A DNA stretch of 64,000 nucleotides from Trichosphaerium sp. ATCC 40318 (Eukaryota > Protista > Tubulinea): contig JALMLS010000466.1 of assembly GCA_038496445.1 (NCBI GenBank), forward strand, positions 558,001-622,000. Reading direction: 5' to 3'. This document shows positions 11,784 to 25,589 of the stretch, one piece after another. The notes beneath the pieces were generated by a model that saw only the letters and a list, made by a program, of their open reading frames with translations, was not told the DNA's origin and searched no databases. Positions within the stretch are counted from its first letter, which is position 1; each line of letters opens with the position of its first letter. The position numbers and the translations under genes were made by a program.

Positions 11784-13970
11784 ATGCGGTTGTCATGTAC
11801 TAATTGCAGGGCGTCACATGCTCTTTGTGATCATGAGAGGCCTTGTAGTACGCGTATTGCGTGTATTGTGTTTACGTAACGTGAATTGTAGGCGTTTGTA
11901 AGCGAGCGGGCATTCTATGCCTATATACCGTGGGAACTAGAGGCAGAAAGCCTGGTACGATAAACACATGCGCGGTTGTGTAATTTTAATGCAGGAACGA
12001 CGGAAAAGGCTCTAAGAGATAAGATAGTAATATTACAAAACGCGATAAAGCAACAAAAGGAAGCACAAAGCAATTTAAAGGTTATTCTAAGTACAAGCGG
12101 TACAAATACGTTAAAAACAGTAGTACCAATTGTGCCTAAACTGGTACGCGGACATACCACTCTGCTACATGTGTACTGAATAGTTCGAAGCCTTTTTTTA
12201 TTATGGCGAATACAAAACTCGTTTACACAGCTGATGTCCAAGCGAGTGTCGACGCATTTCGAGGGTTTGTTGGCTCAATGTTCCCACTACCACATACTAA
12301 AGTGAGCGCTCTTGATATGTTTTCCACAAAACGCACGTGTTCAAGAGGTTGCTATAGTAAGCTTACTTTTTCTCTTATAGCTACTCCTCAGCGTTTCAGA
12401 CTTCTATCTATGCTAGCTTTGCAGCAGTTATACGCTAGGAATGAAGATAAATCTAAAGACTTTGCAACTCAGGCAATGATAACTTATCGTGGTTTGGTTG
12501 ATAGGCCTAGTCCTATCACTGCAGGTGTACATTTTACTTTAATGCTATTTTATGGCTTACATTTTGCAACAGCTGGCTTGATGATTATGTCTTCGTATTC
12601 ATTTTCTATTGGTATGTTCGTAGTGGCCTTTAAGCAAATAGAAGCAGCAGATGACATGATGCAGTTTTTAACTGCTGTGAGAAGGCTTAGATACAGTACG
12701 TACTGATTCGTTTGTTTTCTGCAATGAAAAAACTATGAAACAGAAAGTAACTGAACCCTTCAATCACTGATAAGTATTTAACATCAATATGCTGCTCATG
12801 TTGGTTAAATATGATATCATCATATTTGAATACTGTCACGTGATACTCTATAAAAGTCTAAAATAAGCACAAGCCTTTTTGTTCCTTGTCTCATCATCCA
12901 ATACGATTTACAGCTTGAAACTCAATTCTGATTTAGATGAAGAGAACAATTATAGTTTTGGTGATCACGTAAATGTAATGAGGCTATATACAGCACCATT
13001 ACAACATTACGCACTTACAAAAAATTATGAAAATGATCGTGACTGGGCTAGAGAAATGCTACGTACTAAGTGTCAGTACATAAAAGAAGATATGAAAGAT
13101 GGATATGGCGATATTGTAGTACTCTTGAATTCTCTACAAGGGTTAGCAGAAATAGAGGTACACAAAAAAACATTTTTCTCTTCATTACTTTGTTTTTATA
13201 CTGAAAATTTTCCACTTTCTCAGTACGTTTTATCCTCACCATATAAAATATTCCATCTTTCTTTGTGGTCGTAGTAGTAACGCCAAAGATCGCTCCTGAG
13301 CCCAGTCAAATTATTAGTGGTGGGGAGAGCAAGTTTGGCGTATACTACCGCTCTTTGTTCCTGTTTATCTTAATCTGTCAAAGACCTTTAATCGTTTGTG
13401 CTAACAAGTTATTTAAAGATCAGTCACTTCCTACAATCACACAAGATAAAACACAAACGTCTTGGTGAACAATATATCAAAGAAGCCTTGGATATTACTG
13501 AAGGACTTAGTAGCAAGCCAGTAACTCAGTTTTTTTCATATAGTATAGCATCACGTTTATATTGTTTATTAAACTATAAAGAACGTGCTCTTGATCTTGC
13601 TAGAAAGGGTAATACAATAGCACGTGCAGTGCTTATTGGAAAGCCTCTACATCCATTTATTACATTCAGTCTGATAGATCTATGGATTGTGTATTATAAA
13701 TATGGAAAAGCTGGGGAAGTACATGAGTTATTAAAATTAATAGAATCGTTAGCTTTGAGCTATCCGCATATTTCCCCTCATATTCAGGTTAGTTTTTTTC
13801 AAATTACCTTTTTGTTATTACGTTACTTTGAGCTAATCAGTTTCCAAAATAGTATGTGAGCAAGTATGGTCTGCAATTTCCTCCAATGAAACCACCTCAT
13901 TCCTCGAGGACTTGTCACCAAGGCCCAAGAGCAACATAAGATGATCGCGTTAGGTGTATTCCATAAATAA
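11784..13970 (+). CDS. Zn(II)2Cys6 binuclear-cluster transcription factor, paralog 1
   Basis: Spliced N-terminus MRLSCTNCRASHALCDHERPC/SVCKRAGILCLYTVGTRGRKPG, then coiled coil and helical domain; homologous to 25590-27498. Confidence 0.85.
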
Positions 13971-14574
13971 AATCTTTTTGGTGATCACATACAACTTGTT
14001 GGAATAACCATTGGTAAAACTGGAAATTATGAGTTTTATTGTGAGTTAGGTGATACAGGGATACAAGGAATTTCAGTTAAAATACGATTCGAATAAATGA
14101 ACTGCACGACCAGCACATCGTTATTTTTATACCTTCCTTGATGCATGTTTTTCTGTTCAAAGTGTAATTAAGTTCATCAGTCGCAAAGTGTGTATTCAAC
14201 TTAAACTTCGATCTTCGTTAAAGCTACATCGCAGCGATTGTGTTCGTTGCAACGAACAGGTTATCATAACACTCAGGTTAACTTATCTCAAACCAATAGA
14301 TCTTAGAAGGTTATCCAGAGCTGTAGATTTGTAGTATAGGTTAATTTGCGTAAGCAGATGAACAACGAATAATCAGTGTCCAGTAAACAAGACCAAGTAC
14401 CGCTTTACAGCGCTGTAATGCTGTATTTATTGGCAAAATCGTTCCGTTTCAGTCTCATTTTACGTCGGTTCTTCTTTTGATACGACCTGTGTCACATTAC
14501 TTTTTTGTAAGTGTACATACCATAAATGACTTTTTTATTTGGTTTTACTTTTTCAGCTGACGTCACACAACGCC

Positions 14575-17500
14575 ATGAAGAAAAAGACAGAGCGCGTATT
14601 GGCGAAGCATAAGCGACTCGATCGGTTATTGAAAGGCGGCCAAACACTCCAATTAACATACGTAGATGAGCCTGCTCCTGTCAAAAAAGAGAGCGCAAAG
14701 TTAGACGCCTTCCGACCAGGTTTGAGCTTTTTACGATCTTATTTTGTTAATAATTGACTCTAGGTCTGAAGCATATCCTTAAAACACTGAAGAAACGCGC
14801 TAGTCATATTCAAACTACTATACAGAATGATAGAGAGGTAGCAGCACAATATTTAGGCTTATTGGCGGCTATAACAAACAAGCACGTGTCAGATGAAGTA
14901 ATGACGGTATGAAAAGAACATTAAAAGAATGTGCGTAACTGAAACTGCAGGGACTTCAAAGAGCGTATGACCTGCACGCTAAACTAGGGGAGTTACAATA
15001 TGATCTAGATAAGGTATGTAACGTTTAGACACACGTGATATGTTGGGTTTTTGGAATATTTTTTTTCAGAGTTTATTTTTACATGATTCTTTTAGAGTAT
15101 CTTGTTCATTAGTGGTCTTGAATCTTTGGGTGCGAGATGTTACGCGTAGGCATTTATTAATACTGTTGCCTTTAGATGAAGTTGTCAGAAAAGGAACCGC
15201 TGAGAAGCGCTCTTTTGATCAAAAGTTGCAACATTATGATAACTCATTAGGAAAGGTACATGCTAGATTGTTGGATTAAATAGCTGCTCTAATGCGCTCT
15301 TAGGTTAGAGCAATTAAAACTAAAAAGAGCTCTGCAGCAAAGCTGAAAGAGGCGATGGATGAAAAAACAGAAGCGCACAAAGTATTTAAAGAGGTACTAG
15401 TTATATTTCTTTTTACCTTTTCATGTAAACTCTTACTCACGTGTTAGAGCGAACAAACGACTCTTAATACTCTCACAGAGGTTAACTCAAAGATTGAAGA
15501 TATACTCATCGAACGCATATGCTCCTTACACAAGTCCTACGTATGTAAACAATAGAGGTTCTATTTTTGACTTATGTTTTTGTAGCTTCAATACTTTAAG
15601 GATGGCGTTGAGTTTCTTGAAGATGTAGCACCAGCTATAGAGTTATTACAAAACACTACAGGATCATCAAATGGAAGGAAAGGAGTAAGTGGGCTTTTAT
15701 TTAGTCAATCAAAGTATTTTTCTTAATGGAAGTGTTAGAGTACAAGAGTGTTTGGTGTTCCACTTCTGGGTGAGTTGTGATTATGAAACTTTACAATATT
15801 TAATTGTTTTTTAGACCTCGCAAGGAAGACAGGAGAAGACGTTCCTGGGATTGTCTCAGGTAAATAGTTCATTAATAGTAGGTTAAAAGTGGTAACATAA
15901 AATTATAGAAGCTTGCAAGTGGTTAATGACAACAGATAAGGCTTTACTGCGTGAGGGTATATTCAGGTATGAAAACAAATGATTTTATTTTTTTTTCATT
16001 TTTTTCTTATTTTTTATTTCAGGATATCATTGTCCAAAGACAAAGTACGTTAGATGGAATATAGATGCCAGTAAATACTAATTACAATCAAGCTTGATAT
16101 TTTCAAGTCAAAAGTAGATGCTGGTCGTACAATCAAGTTTACTAATTCGCTGGAAGCTTCTGCAACTCTCAAGGTATAACATAACCCAGAAATCTACCTC
16201 TCACATGCGCGGTTTAGTTCTATCTTCGAGATCTTCCTGCGCCCTTAGTCACACCAACTACGGAAGGATATAACGCAATAGTATCTCTGTATAGTGCGTA
16301 GAAAAGGAGCTATATAAAATTGTAGCTGACTTTTTTCTTAAGAGGATAACTCTGGAGATGATAGAGTACAGAAGATGGCTGCGCATTTAAAATCACTTGA
16401 AAAGCCTATATATGAGTCTTCTAAGATCATACTTAAAGTTTGCTACGAGGTACGTACATTGTTTGTTCCTTCTGTGCTATTTTTGGAAGGTTTTCAAAAA
16501 CTATTGTCACGTGATTTAGTAGCTAATTTCCATTTTTAGACTCAAAAGTATCAAGATGTTAATAAGATGAATACGCAGAATATAGCAACAACAATAGGAC
16601 CTAGCCTTGTTAATTTGAGTGCGTTGGTCTAAGGATTTTTCTTTCTGTACTTTGTTGATGTCTTACAACATCTCAGCTGGCATTCCGTCCTTGCAAAGTA
16701 TAGAAATGGGTAATACAATTGTCAAATTTTTTATTGATTATTATCCACAACTCTTTGACGATAGTTCGGCACAAACTGGTATAAAACTTCTGCTCACTAT
16801 TTATATCTAAACCTTGTCTCTAGAAAAAAAATCCCCTGGTGCAGGTCAGACCGATAAAAAGACGGAAAATGGTGCGACCCTTTATCACCAACTGCTTTCT
16901 TTCACCAACAGTATATTTTTTAGTCCAAACCAAGAAGCCAACGCTTAAGCGACCAAAACCTCCTACTACAACCCCACCAAACCCTACCACATCCATTCGC
17001 CATCCATCTCCTAAAAGAAGGAACGCTGATACACCAGCACCTACAAAGTCCAGGGAGAAAGAGAGAACAACATCTGCGACTGAATCTGGTCCTGATCATC
17101 TTCAACGAAGAAAAATGCGAAGTATTTCTACATCAGGATGGTCTGATACTGATGCCACTTCGGAGAATGGTACACTTTCTGGAGATATGCAATATCACAT
17201 GGCTTTATCATCGACAGATGAGAGTGGTACTGATTTATTAGAACCTCACAAGGGCTTTTTCTCTGGCGGCGATAATTCACCTGCCTTCAAAGTGAGCTCT
17301 TCTGAACCTGAGTCCACTGATAACGGTTCTGCCGATCCGGATGTTGGAAAGATAAATCCTACGCCCCAACAAGGAGAAACCAATGCTGAATCTGATAAAG
17401 AAGAAGATAAACAACCCGATATAGAGGAGTTACTTGATGATATTGGAGAGTATGTCATTGATATAAAACCTCAAACCGAACTATCACTGGTACGCTAAGA

Positions 17501-18946
17501 CATTTTTTACTATTACTTACTACAAAGCTACGCGAATACTAGCGTTGGCATAATTCCGTGAGCTCCTTTAGTTCAAAAACTACTACTAACGTTTTTCTCG
17601 ATTTTTTCTTAATATTTTGTTTAGCTAGAGGATAGCTTTTGTAATAGGGTTTGCTCTGGTCTTCTTGTACTTAAACTAGATGTTGTTATTCATGGGTTAT
17701 ATTTAGATAAATTAAGAGGTACATAGATGTTCTCACGTGAAATCATTGCTTAACTTGTTCATAGCATCTGATGTTTTACAAATATGGGATGGTTTGTCTT
17801 TCTCAGAATTCTCAGCATCAAGTTCAAGGAAGATAATGACTGTACTACAAAAGGTGAAGGAGTTTATCAGTAAAGATGACAAAGTGCGCAATCGTATCTG
17901 AACAATAGGCAAGTGACTAATACTTGTACATAGGAAGATAACGGCAAATGCGAGATTGACAAGTGAGTAGAAACTTTAAGTTGTTTTTTTTCTTCTTTCT
18001 AACTTCTTTTCTTTTTGAACAGACTTTTCCGTTTCTATACAGCTGTTGTTTTTTCAGAGCTTGCAGAGTGTGTTGATGTGGAATGTGTTGATAAGATTGC
18101 TGCCCATACTGCATCAGTTGTTCGTCTTATTACATCTCAATCACTTGATGGTTCTGCGGCTCTTATAGAAGCCTTGAAAGGCTGTGCTCAAATGGTCCGT
18201 TAAAATAACTTTAATAAGCCGTTTCTAAATGATAAAATAGCTTCTACGCAATGGGTTCATGTACGCTTCCTTGGCAGAACAAAGCAAAGTAGACGCATTA
18301 TTTAAAGCAATAACAAATATTTATGATTATGTGGGTGAGCTTAATGCACTAGTTCCACAAGGGTATGAGTTGGTTGTTAAAAAAAACGAGACCTTACACT
18401 GTTTTTTTAGGAGATCAAGCGAACTTATCTTGACTGTCAGGAAGCTTCTTCCTGCTTTGAAGCAATTGAGTGGTATTATACAAGAAACATCAAGTATAAT
18501 ACCTCTTGCTCCAGGATCTAATCTTGGAGATAAGAAACCTCTCTTGGAGTCATTATCATCGCTTAAAAGTATAGCTCAGAGTTTAAATGATCCAACAGTT
18601 TTCAAAGAAGCTACAACCATTGTTAATGAACTAAAAAATATATCATGTGATAACTTTGATACTATTGCGCAAGCGTTTAAAACAATCATCACCACAGTAA
18701 GACAAGTACGTAACTGATTTCAACAAAGCACCTGGCTAAGTTTTATTGTAGAAGGACTATGCTGAGTTTGTTGATTGCTTATCACATACTTCTTCAAACG
18801 TTGTATTTTATCTTTTGACAGGAGCGAGAATACTTGTATGCCAGGAAATACAAGGAGATGATGCTGAATTCATGCTTTTACATGCCTCTTCATTATTGTG
18901 TAGGTATCTAGAGGCAGTAAGGAACCACAGTACCTCACAAGAATAA
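14575..18946 (+). CDS. BAR-like + RhoGAP protein with Pro/Ser-rich linker and helical C-terminus
   Basis: VFGVPL, REGIFRIS, LKFYLRDLPAPL, NKMNTQNIATTIGP RhoGAP motifs; N-terminal helical region with YDNSL. Confidence 0.85.
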
Positions 18947-19165
18947 TCCAAATAAAAAACTGTACATCCATAAAAACAAACTTTGTCCTGTAAGAAAGTG
19001 CTTTATGTCAACAGCACCTAGTATACTAGATGCAACGAGACTCTATAAACTACTAAACAGTGTAGCAACCATACACACGTACAGTGACAAAAGTGGTACC
19101 AACGAGACAAGATCACTGAAAACTAAGTTTTTTCAAACACTTTCTAACGTTGTTAATAAATAGTC

Positions 19166-20087
19166 ATGCATCAAGCTATAGATGTACATCAGGAAGTACC
19201 TGCCAGTACTGAATCGAGCGAATACTTTCGTTCTATTACAGACGAGGACACGCCCGTTGATTACAGTACGGATTTTTTTTTCCCGCTTTAACTAATTACA
19301 GCGTAGAAAAGGGAAAAGACAAGCGTGAGCTTGGATCTAAAGCTGTTTGGACGTTATCAAGTGCTAAACCAGGTAAATTGACATATTATTACCTTAATAG
19401 TACTCACGACGCGCAGGATTTGGTGTAGATAAACTAAGAGATGATTCTATAGATACATTTTGGCAGTAAGTTTAAAAAGATTAGTTTTCGCGTATGAATA
19501 CCCAAACTGATTTGTACACGAAGGTCTGACGGCTTACAGCCGCATTTTGTCAATATTCAATTCCCGAAAAGTGTCAAAGTTGATGAAGTGCTCGTTTATT
19601 GCTCTATCGTACAAGATGAGAGTTATACGCCCACAAAATTCTCTGTACGTTCTGGTACTACACACCACGATCTTCAGGTTAGTGAAACAATGCCCAAGAA
19701 GGGAGAATATTCCCTTTTTTGAAAATCATTAATTTTGATTAAAAGGAAGTCAAAGTGTACGAAGTTGAAAAGCCTGAAGGATGGATTGTCATTGAGCTTA
19801 CAGACGCCAAGTACCTCTTATAATATTACTTTACAACCTTATTAATACTTTTAACTAGTGGAGGAGCTTTAGAAACAAACTTGCTCCAAGTAGCGGTTCT
19901 TGCAAACTACAACTTGGGTAGAGATACACATATTCGACAAATAAAAGTTTTTGGACCTCTAGTGTACGCCACGCAGCTCCTCTCTATGTACACTTATAAA
20001 CTAAATGTCATTAGATCATTAAATGAAATGTTTGATGTTCCACACTGGTCTGCTCCTGAGTTTTCTATGTACAACGGATTGCGCTGA
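19166..20087 (+). CDS. APC10: Anaphase-promoting complex subunit 10 (DOC1)
   Basis: [65 protein letters not shown]. Confidence 0.95.
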
Positions 20088-20327
20088 ATTTTTTGCTCTA
20101 AAAATGTCAGGACACTTATCACGCTACACAATCACTTTTTAAGAGGATGCCACCTTGTAAATAAACACCTCTTATAACGCACTTCCAACCCTAAAGAAAT
20201 GAGCTGGTGTTCTAGATCAACGAGTTTTATTCCAACCGCAGAATACTCAAACCAGACAAACACCTTCTTGTCTAGTTAACAATTCAAATCAAGCCTGATC
20301 TTGTCTACATTATAAAACTAGCAAATC

Positions 20328-20430
20328 AAACACTCACTGTCGGAGTGCGTGGAACATTATACGACACCACTACGCCAAAAGTTTATTAAAACACTCACAT
20401 CTCTGGAGTGCGGTGGAAGCTTATGACGTA
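20328..20430. repeat. Imperfect direct repeat (2 units, period ~61 bp), each with a small CACTC/GAGTG hairpin
   Basis: aaacactcactgtcggagtgcgtggaacattatacg versus aaacactcacatctctggagtgcggtggaagcttatgacg. Confidence 0.6.
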
Positions 20431-20901
20431 CGATACATATCACGTAACAAGTATTTCAGTTTCCCATACCATCTCTCCTGTTACTTTCATCTTCTTACTA
20501 ACGCCTTTGGTGATCATTATTTGCTCCTCGGCATAGTAACTGAAGGCACTGAATGGTCATTTCTGACTAAACGCTTAATTCGTAGTAGCTGGCACAGGAT
20601 AAAAACATAGAACCAGATGATATCAACACCTCTAAAGCGTAACAAATCTCAAAAAATTCTGATTTGAGCCATTCTACGAACTGTACAATATCGGACTTTA
20701 CCGACATCGCTAAAGCCCATCACAACAGAATAACAGAAACTTTGGATGTAAAGCATAAATCTCGTAAACCCCATCCAGAAAGTTCTGCTAATTTTGCAAA
20801 TTTATTTTTTTTACCAAAAAAACCAAAATACAATCACAACAAGTTGTGAATCATTCGCATAAGGTTTCAATACAAAGTTATATCTACAATTGCTTGGTAT
20901 G

Positions 20902-21049
20902 GCAACTTCGCAGTTACAACTTGGATCTCCCGGCTTGGATCCCGGTACCTGGCGCATGCAAATCGCTGCCGACTAATGGGGCGCATCCGTCGCTTTGCAT
21001 GCGCCAGGTACCGGGATCCAAGGCCGGAGGGCCAAATTGAGAAAGTTGC
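20902..21049. repeat. tRNA-Ala-derived palindromic element, copy A
   Basis: Perfect 29-bp arms 20934-20962 and 20994-21022 match the anticodon-loop-to-T-loop part of tRNA-Ala; 31-nt loop; imperfect pairing extends out to gcaactt/aagttgc. Confidence 0.9.
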
Positions 21050-22661
21050 GGATCCAGATTCCGACCGAAACGCAATATAATGCGGAGGTTATTTATTCGC
21101 TTCTTAACGCCTGAAGCGATCTTTTAAACGCACAAAGAGCAGTATGGAGTGAGTTCCTCAATAGTAGAAGATAATATCACAGAGATTTCACATTGTTGTT
21201 AATTTATTGTTTAATGTGTTCATGTGTTGAGTCTAGAGGATAGGCCTTATTCTCAACGTTCAAGGTTGATGGCTTAGAAGATTTTAACTAGCATGGTATT
21301 GATAAAGTAGTTGTCGTATTGCTTCGCTGGTAGGATTAAATTTTCAGCTACACATAAGTATAAATGTGTTTCCACTTTTCTTCTTATCCTTCGTCGCTGG
21401 GTGGTTTCACATGATTTCAACTCTTGCTTTTCTGTTTGTTTGGAAATTCAATGGGTTAATGGAATGGCAAAGAGAAGGTGTGACGGTTGAGCACAAGAGT
21501 TTTTTTCTTCTCAACAAAACAGTTGCTAAAACAGTCGTTAAGTGTTTCTGTTAGTTTTGTATTGCTTGTGAAAACGACAGTAGTAGGTCCATATTGAACA
21601 ACACGGTATTTGACACACGTAAACACTCTAAACAAGCGAAAACAGTTTTTTCAACGTAATAAAGCTTGGAGAGCTTTCAAACAACGATATTATAGCCTTT
21701 GGCGCGTTAATACAGGTATAATATTATTTTTGCCTTTAACAGCTTTTAATTCACTTTTAACGTCGTAAATAAACGTAATGTCATCAGTTTGTCATTATTT
21801 CAACAAAATGGTACTTGGCGCATTTATTCAAAACACGCCAACCTCACCAAATCTGTTCCTATTTCATTCTTGTTTGTTGCTCCGCGCAGTCAATAACAGT
21901 ACAATAGCTATTGGCCTTACGGAACGTAACGATAGGGCAACACGTGTTGGTGACTGTTTCGTTGTACGTTTTTCGAAAACCAAACACATTTTTCGGCTCT
22001 GATGAGATTTTTCGATTAAATAACAACCAAATTGGGTTGCCTGTTACGTTTTAATTCGTATTGAAATGAGGAATTTAGAGTACTCACAAAAGAGGTTTTA
22101 GAAAGGTTTTTTTTTATCTTTTTTCAACTGTTTCGATAGAATTTCCATTTGCCTTTCGCCACGCGTGGTTCAAGTGTCAAAAAACATGAACTATCTGGTG
22201 GTTTTTAAATAAAAATACTGCGGTAACTCTAGATTGTGTTCAGTTGGGAATGGTAATACCAAAGCCCATTTACCATCAAAACTGTTACCAACGAAAAGCT
22301 TTTTTTTTGTTTTTTTTTTGTGTTCATTGATTGATAAAACAAAAATCTCCGTTAACGTATCTTAGGTTTTTTGGTAGGGTTTTTACCGTAGATTCAGAAT
22401 ACAATAAAAACACGGAGCTTTATGAAAGCTCAAAAAAAGTATATCACGTTCTAGAATTCTACAAAGATTTTACACTTTGTCGTTGATATACAACCATAAA
22501 TGACTGACAGCGATGATGAACCACCTACCCCAAGTACGCACATAACCTCAATAATCTCTTTGAGAAGATTACTACAGTTTTTGGGCACCAAAACTATCCG
22601 TGAAAAAGCTCTTTTTTAACCATAACAAACCATCAACAACTACCTCAACAACTACTCAACA

Positions 22662-25231
22662 ATGTCTCTGTCTACTACTACTTCCTCTCTCACACTCACC
22701 CCTACCCGTACAGTAATGACTAGGACAGACCTAGCCAAGTGTTCATGTATTAGACTTCGCGCAATAGCAAAGGCTTGGGAGATGACGCGCTACTCCAAAT
22801 TGCGAAAGACCGCTCTAGTTGAAGCCATTTACACAACTATGCGTACGTTGTTAACAGTTTGAAAGCTCTAAAATTTTTCGCTTTCTTTTTAACTATTCAA
22901 CTTACTGTCAACTTCGACTTTTATTCTAACTCACTTTAGACAACGAAGGAGATCAGTTGATGCTGGAGCGGGCCAGTTATCAACGCGAAGAAGTTAACAA
23001 CGCCCTATTCCGTATCAAAAAGCGTAAGCGTAACGCCAAGTCCAAAGCCAGGCAGGCTGAGTACGATGCTGAGGTTGCTCGTAAAGCTGAGGCTGCTCGT
23101 AAGGCTGAAGCTGACCGAGAAGCTGAAGCTGCTCGCCGAGCGGACATAACGGTTCAAATGGGTGCCTTTGCTGCCCAATTCAACGCAAAGCTTGCTGCTC
23201 AAAAGGCTGAGCATGACAAAACAAACGCAAAGCTGGCTGCTCAAAAAGCCGAGCATGACAAGACCAAAGCTGAACATAACACCAAACTTACAACATTGGA
23301 AGGCGAATGTACAGCCTTGAAAACTACAACTAAACGCCTTAAAGTTGGTTTGGCGGTTACTAATTGCGCGTTCCTTCAAATGGCGCTTCTAATCGCCTTC
23401 AGTTCGATAAGAGATAAGACTCTCGATGAAATTATAGAAAAAGGTACGTACACTTTTTTTTTTCGAAGAATTTTCTAAATCACTAACTTTTTTCCCTGTA
23501 GACTACGACTGTCTTGGTGTACACGTAGATGCCCTGGCCATTCTTGTCGCTTTCTTCTATGACGTTCTGGAAAATATCATCTACCCTGATGATTTTCTTT
23601 ACGAAAACGGTGCTCGTAAACGGGACTGGAAGAAGGAGACTACGTTTAATGTTTTCATTGGAAAGTATTTCAAGGTCCGCCCAGACCTCCTGCGCCACAT
23701 GCTTGTGCATGACACACATGTACAAAACGTAGTTGGGGAAATACCTCAACACAAAATATCAAAGCCTGACCTTGCCGTTGTACCCAAATCTATAAAAATA
23801 GGCGAGAACGACAAGGTCAAGATACACCAAATCGCCATAATTTGGGAACTCAAAAAGGGAACTGGTACGCTTTCTCTTTTTTTTTTGTTCTTTTTTTTTC
23901 CTCTTTCTTTCATTGTACTAATGTTGTCTTAGCGGATTTTACAACTGCAGAGAAGGGGCAAACATGGCACTACCTCCACAAGCTCCTTTATGCCCAAAAA
24001 ACACGCACGGAGGCATATGCCATTCTTATGAACTTTGACAAGGTAATGTTCCTGAAGATTTCGATGGCAACACGTGAGGAGCTGAAAAACCCAAGCTACT
24101 TCACGTGTGGGCCGTACGACATTGATGGTGTGGGCGGGAAATATCTGTTCACAATGCTCAACCAAACTCCTGAAGCGCTGGGCTTTCGCATCAAAAAATT
24201 CAAGTATAAAGATACGGAGTACTTGGCTGGCGGAATTTTGGGTATTGGCACTTCGGCTGTAGTTTATTCTCTACAGATTCCTACCAAAGATGGGAAGGAC
24301 ACAAGAATAGTTGCGGTCAAGGAATTTAAACAAGACCGTAAACAGTTTATCCATGAAGAGATCAACATATACAAAAAGCTTAAGAATGTTTCTAGCGTAC
24401 CTAACTTGGTACGCAACCATCTTTCCTTTTTTTTCTTTGGCTAACGTTTTTTTATTGTAGGTTCATTATACACAAGACCATATTTTTTTAAGTCCCGTTG
24501 GCACAAGAATAAAAAATTGGGGTGATGTTGAAGACACTTATGGCTTTATATCTGGCATAATTAATACACTAAAGGCCGCGCACGAAATGAAAATAATTCA
24601 TAGGTATGTCCAACTATTTTATATGCAGCGACATTCAATGTGTCAAATTTTTTCAGTGAAGCGCAAGTGCCACTTTATGTTCGCTGCGTTTTTCTTTTCA
24701 TACTAGATGTGTCAGTACTGATATTAGTTTAGGGATGTTTCCACGTCTAACATTTTGTTTGCGGACAAAAAACCTTTACTAATCGACTGGGGTTGTGCTG
24801 TCGCCCCTGGTGTACCTGTGGTTATCGCAGGGACGCTAAAATATGCACCACATCATGTCTTGTGTTCCTTTGGTTCTAAGAAGCTTGTCAGATACAAACC
24901 TTCTGATGACCTACAGTCGTTTGTGTTCGTATTAGCTTATCTATGTGGCCAAAAGAAAAAAAGTTGGGATGCTGCTTATGATAAGTGGGCAGCTATCACA
25001 TGCAAGCCTAACTATGATGCCAAGGAAGAAGACGATCTCAGAGAGCTATTGTTTCGCGAACGAAGCATGAACATGCTTTTTGGGTGGTCGAATGCTCTCA
25101 ATCTTGCTAAGAAAGCTGATTATGATGGCCTTATTATCGAACTTGTAAACATGCTTAAAGATATGAGATCTTATTGGAAGTGTAAAGACTGTAAGCGCTA
25201 TAATTGTGATTGTAATAAAAAAATAGAGTAA
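22662..25231 (+). CDS. Crinkler-like protein: Rho-N-like HeH header + coiled coil + PD-(D/E)xK REase-like domain + protein kinase
   Basis: LRAIAKAWEMTRYSKLRKTALVEAI; KPDLAVV..IIWELKK..KGQTWHY; LGIGTSAVVY, VAVKEF, IHRDVSTSNIL, LIDWG, GTLKYAP, DDLQSF. Confidence 0.85.
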
Positions 25232-25589
25232 ACCACAAAGAACGAAATAAGTTTTTGCTTTTTTTTTTCCTATTCTGATCTTTACACTGTATTCGCTCGC
25301 AATAATTTCTTCGTGCATATTGTGTGAAATGTTATAGCGATCCTGCAAACTTGGCACCACACTTTGCGCCTGTGGCGAGAAAAAGCGCCACCAAGTGTAC
25401 CTAATTTAGGTAGATTTCCAGCGCTAGACATTCCTGGCAGTGTCTCAAAAGCGATACTGACGCTGATGATGTGTTCTATGTATTGCACGTCGAATTTCGC
25501 CGAATAACAAGACTCTCTGGCTTTCCTATGAAAAGTCTGCGTCAGTCAATCCGACACCGCCGGGTAAATTAATAACCGGTCATTGGAGC

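Noticed and set aside
14241-14258. Perfect 18-bp palindrome tgttcgttgcaacgaaca
   Set aside because: Roughly one is expected by chance in 64 kb of AT-rich DNA; no second copy seen
20846-21040. ORFs containing MRQVPGSK (also 35252-35449)
   Set aside because: Translations of tRNA-derived DNA, not proteins
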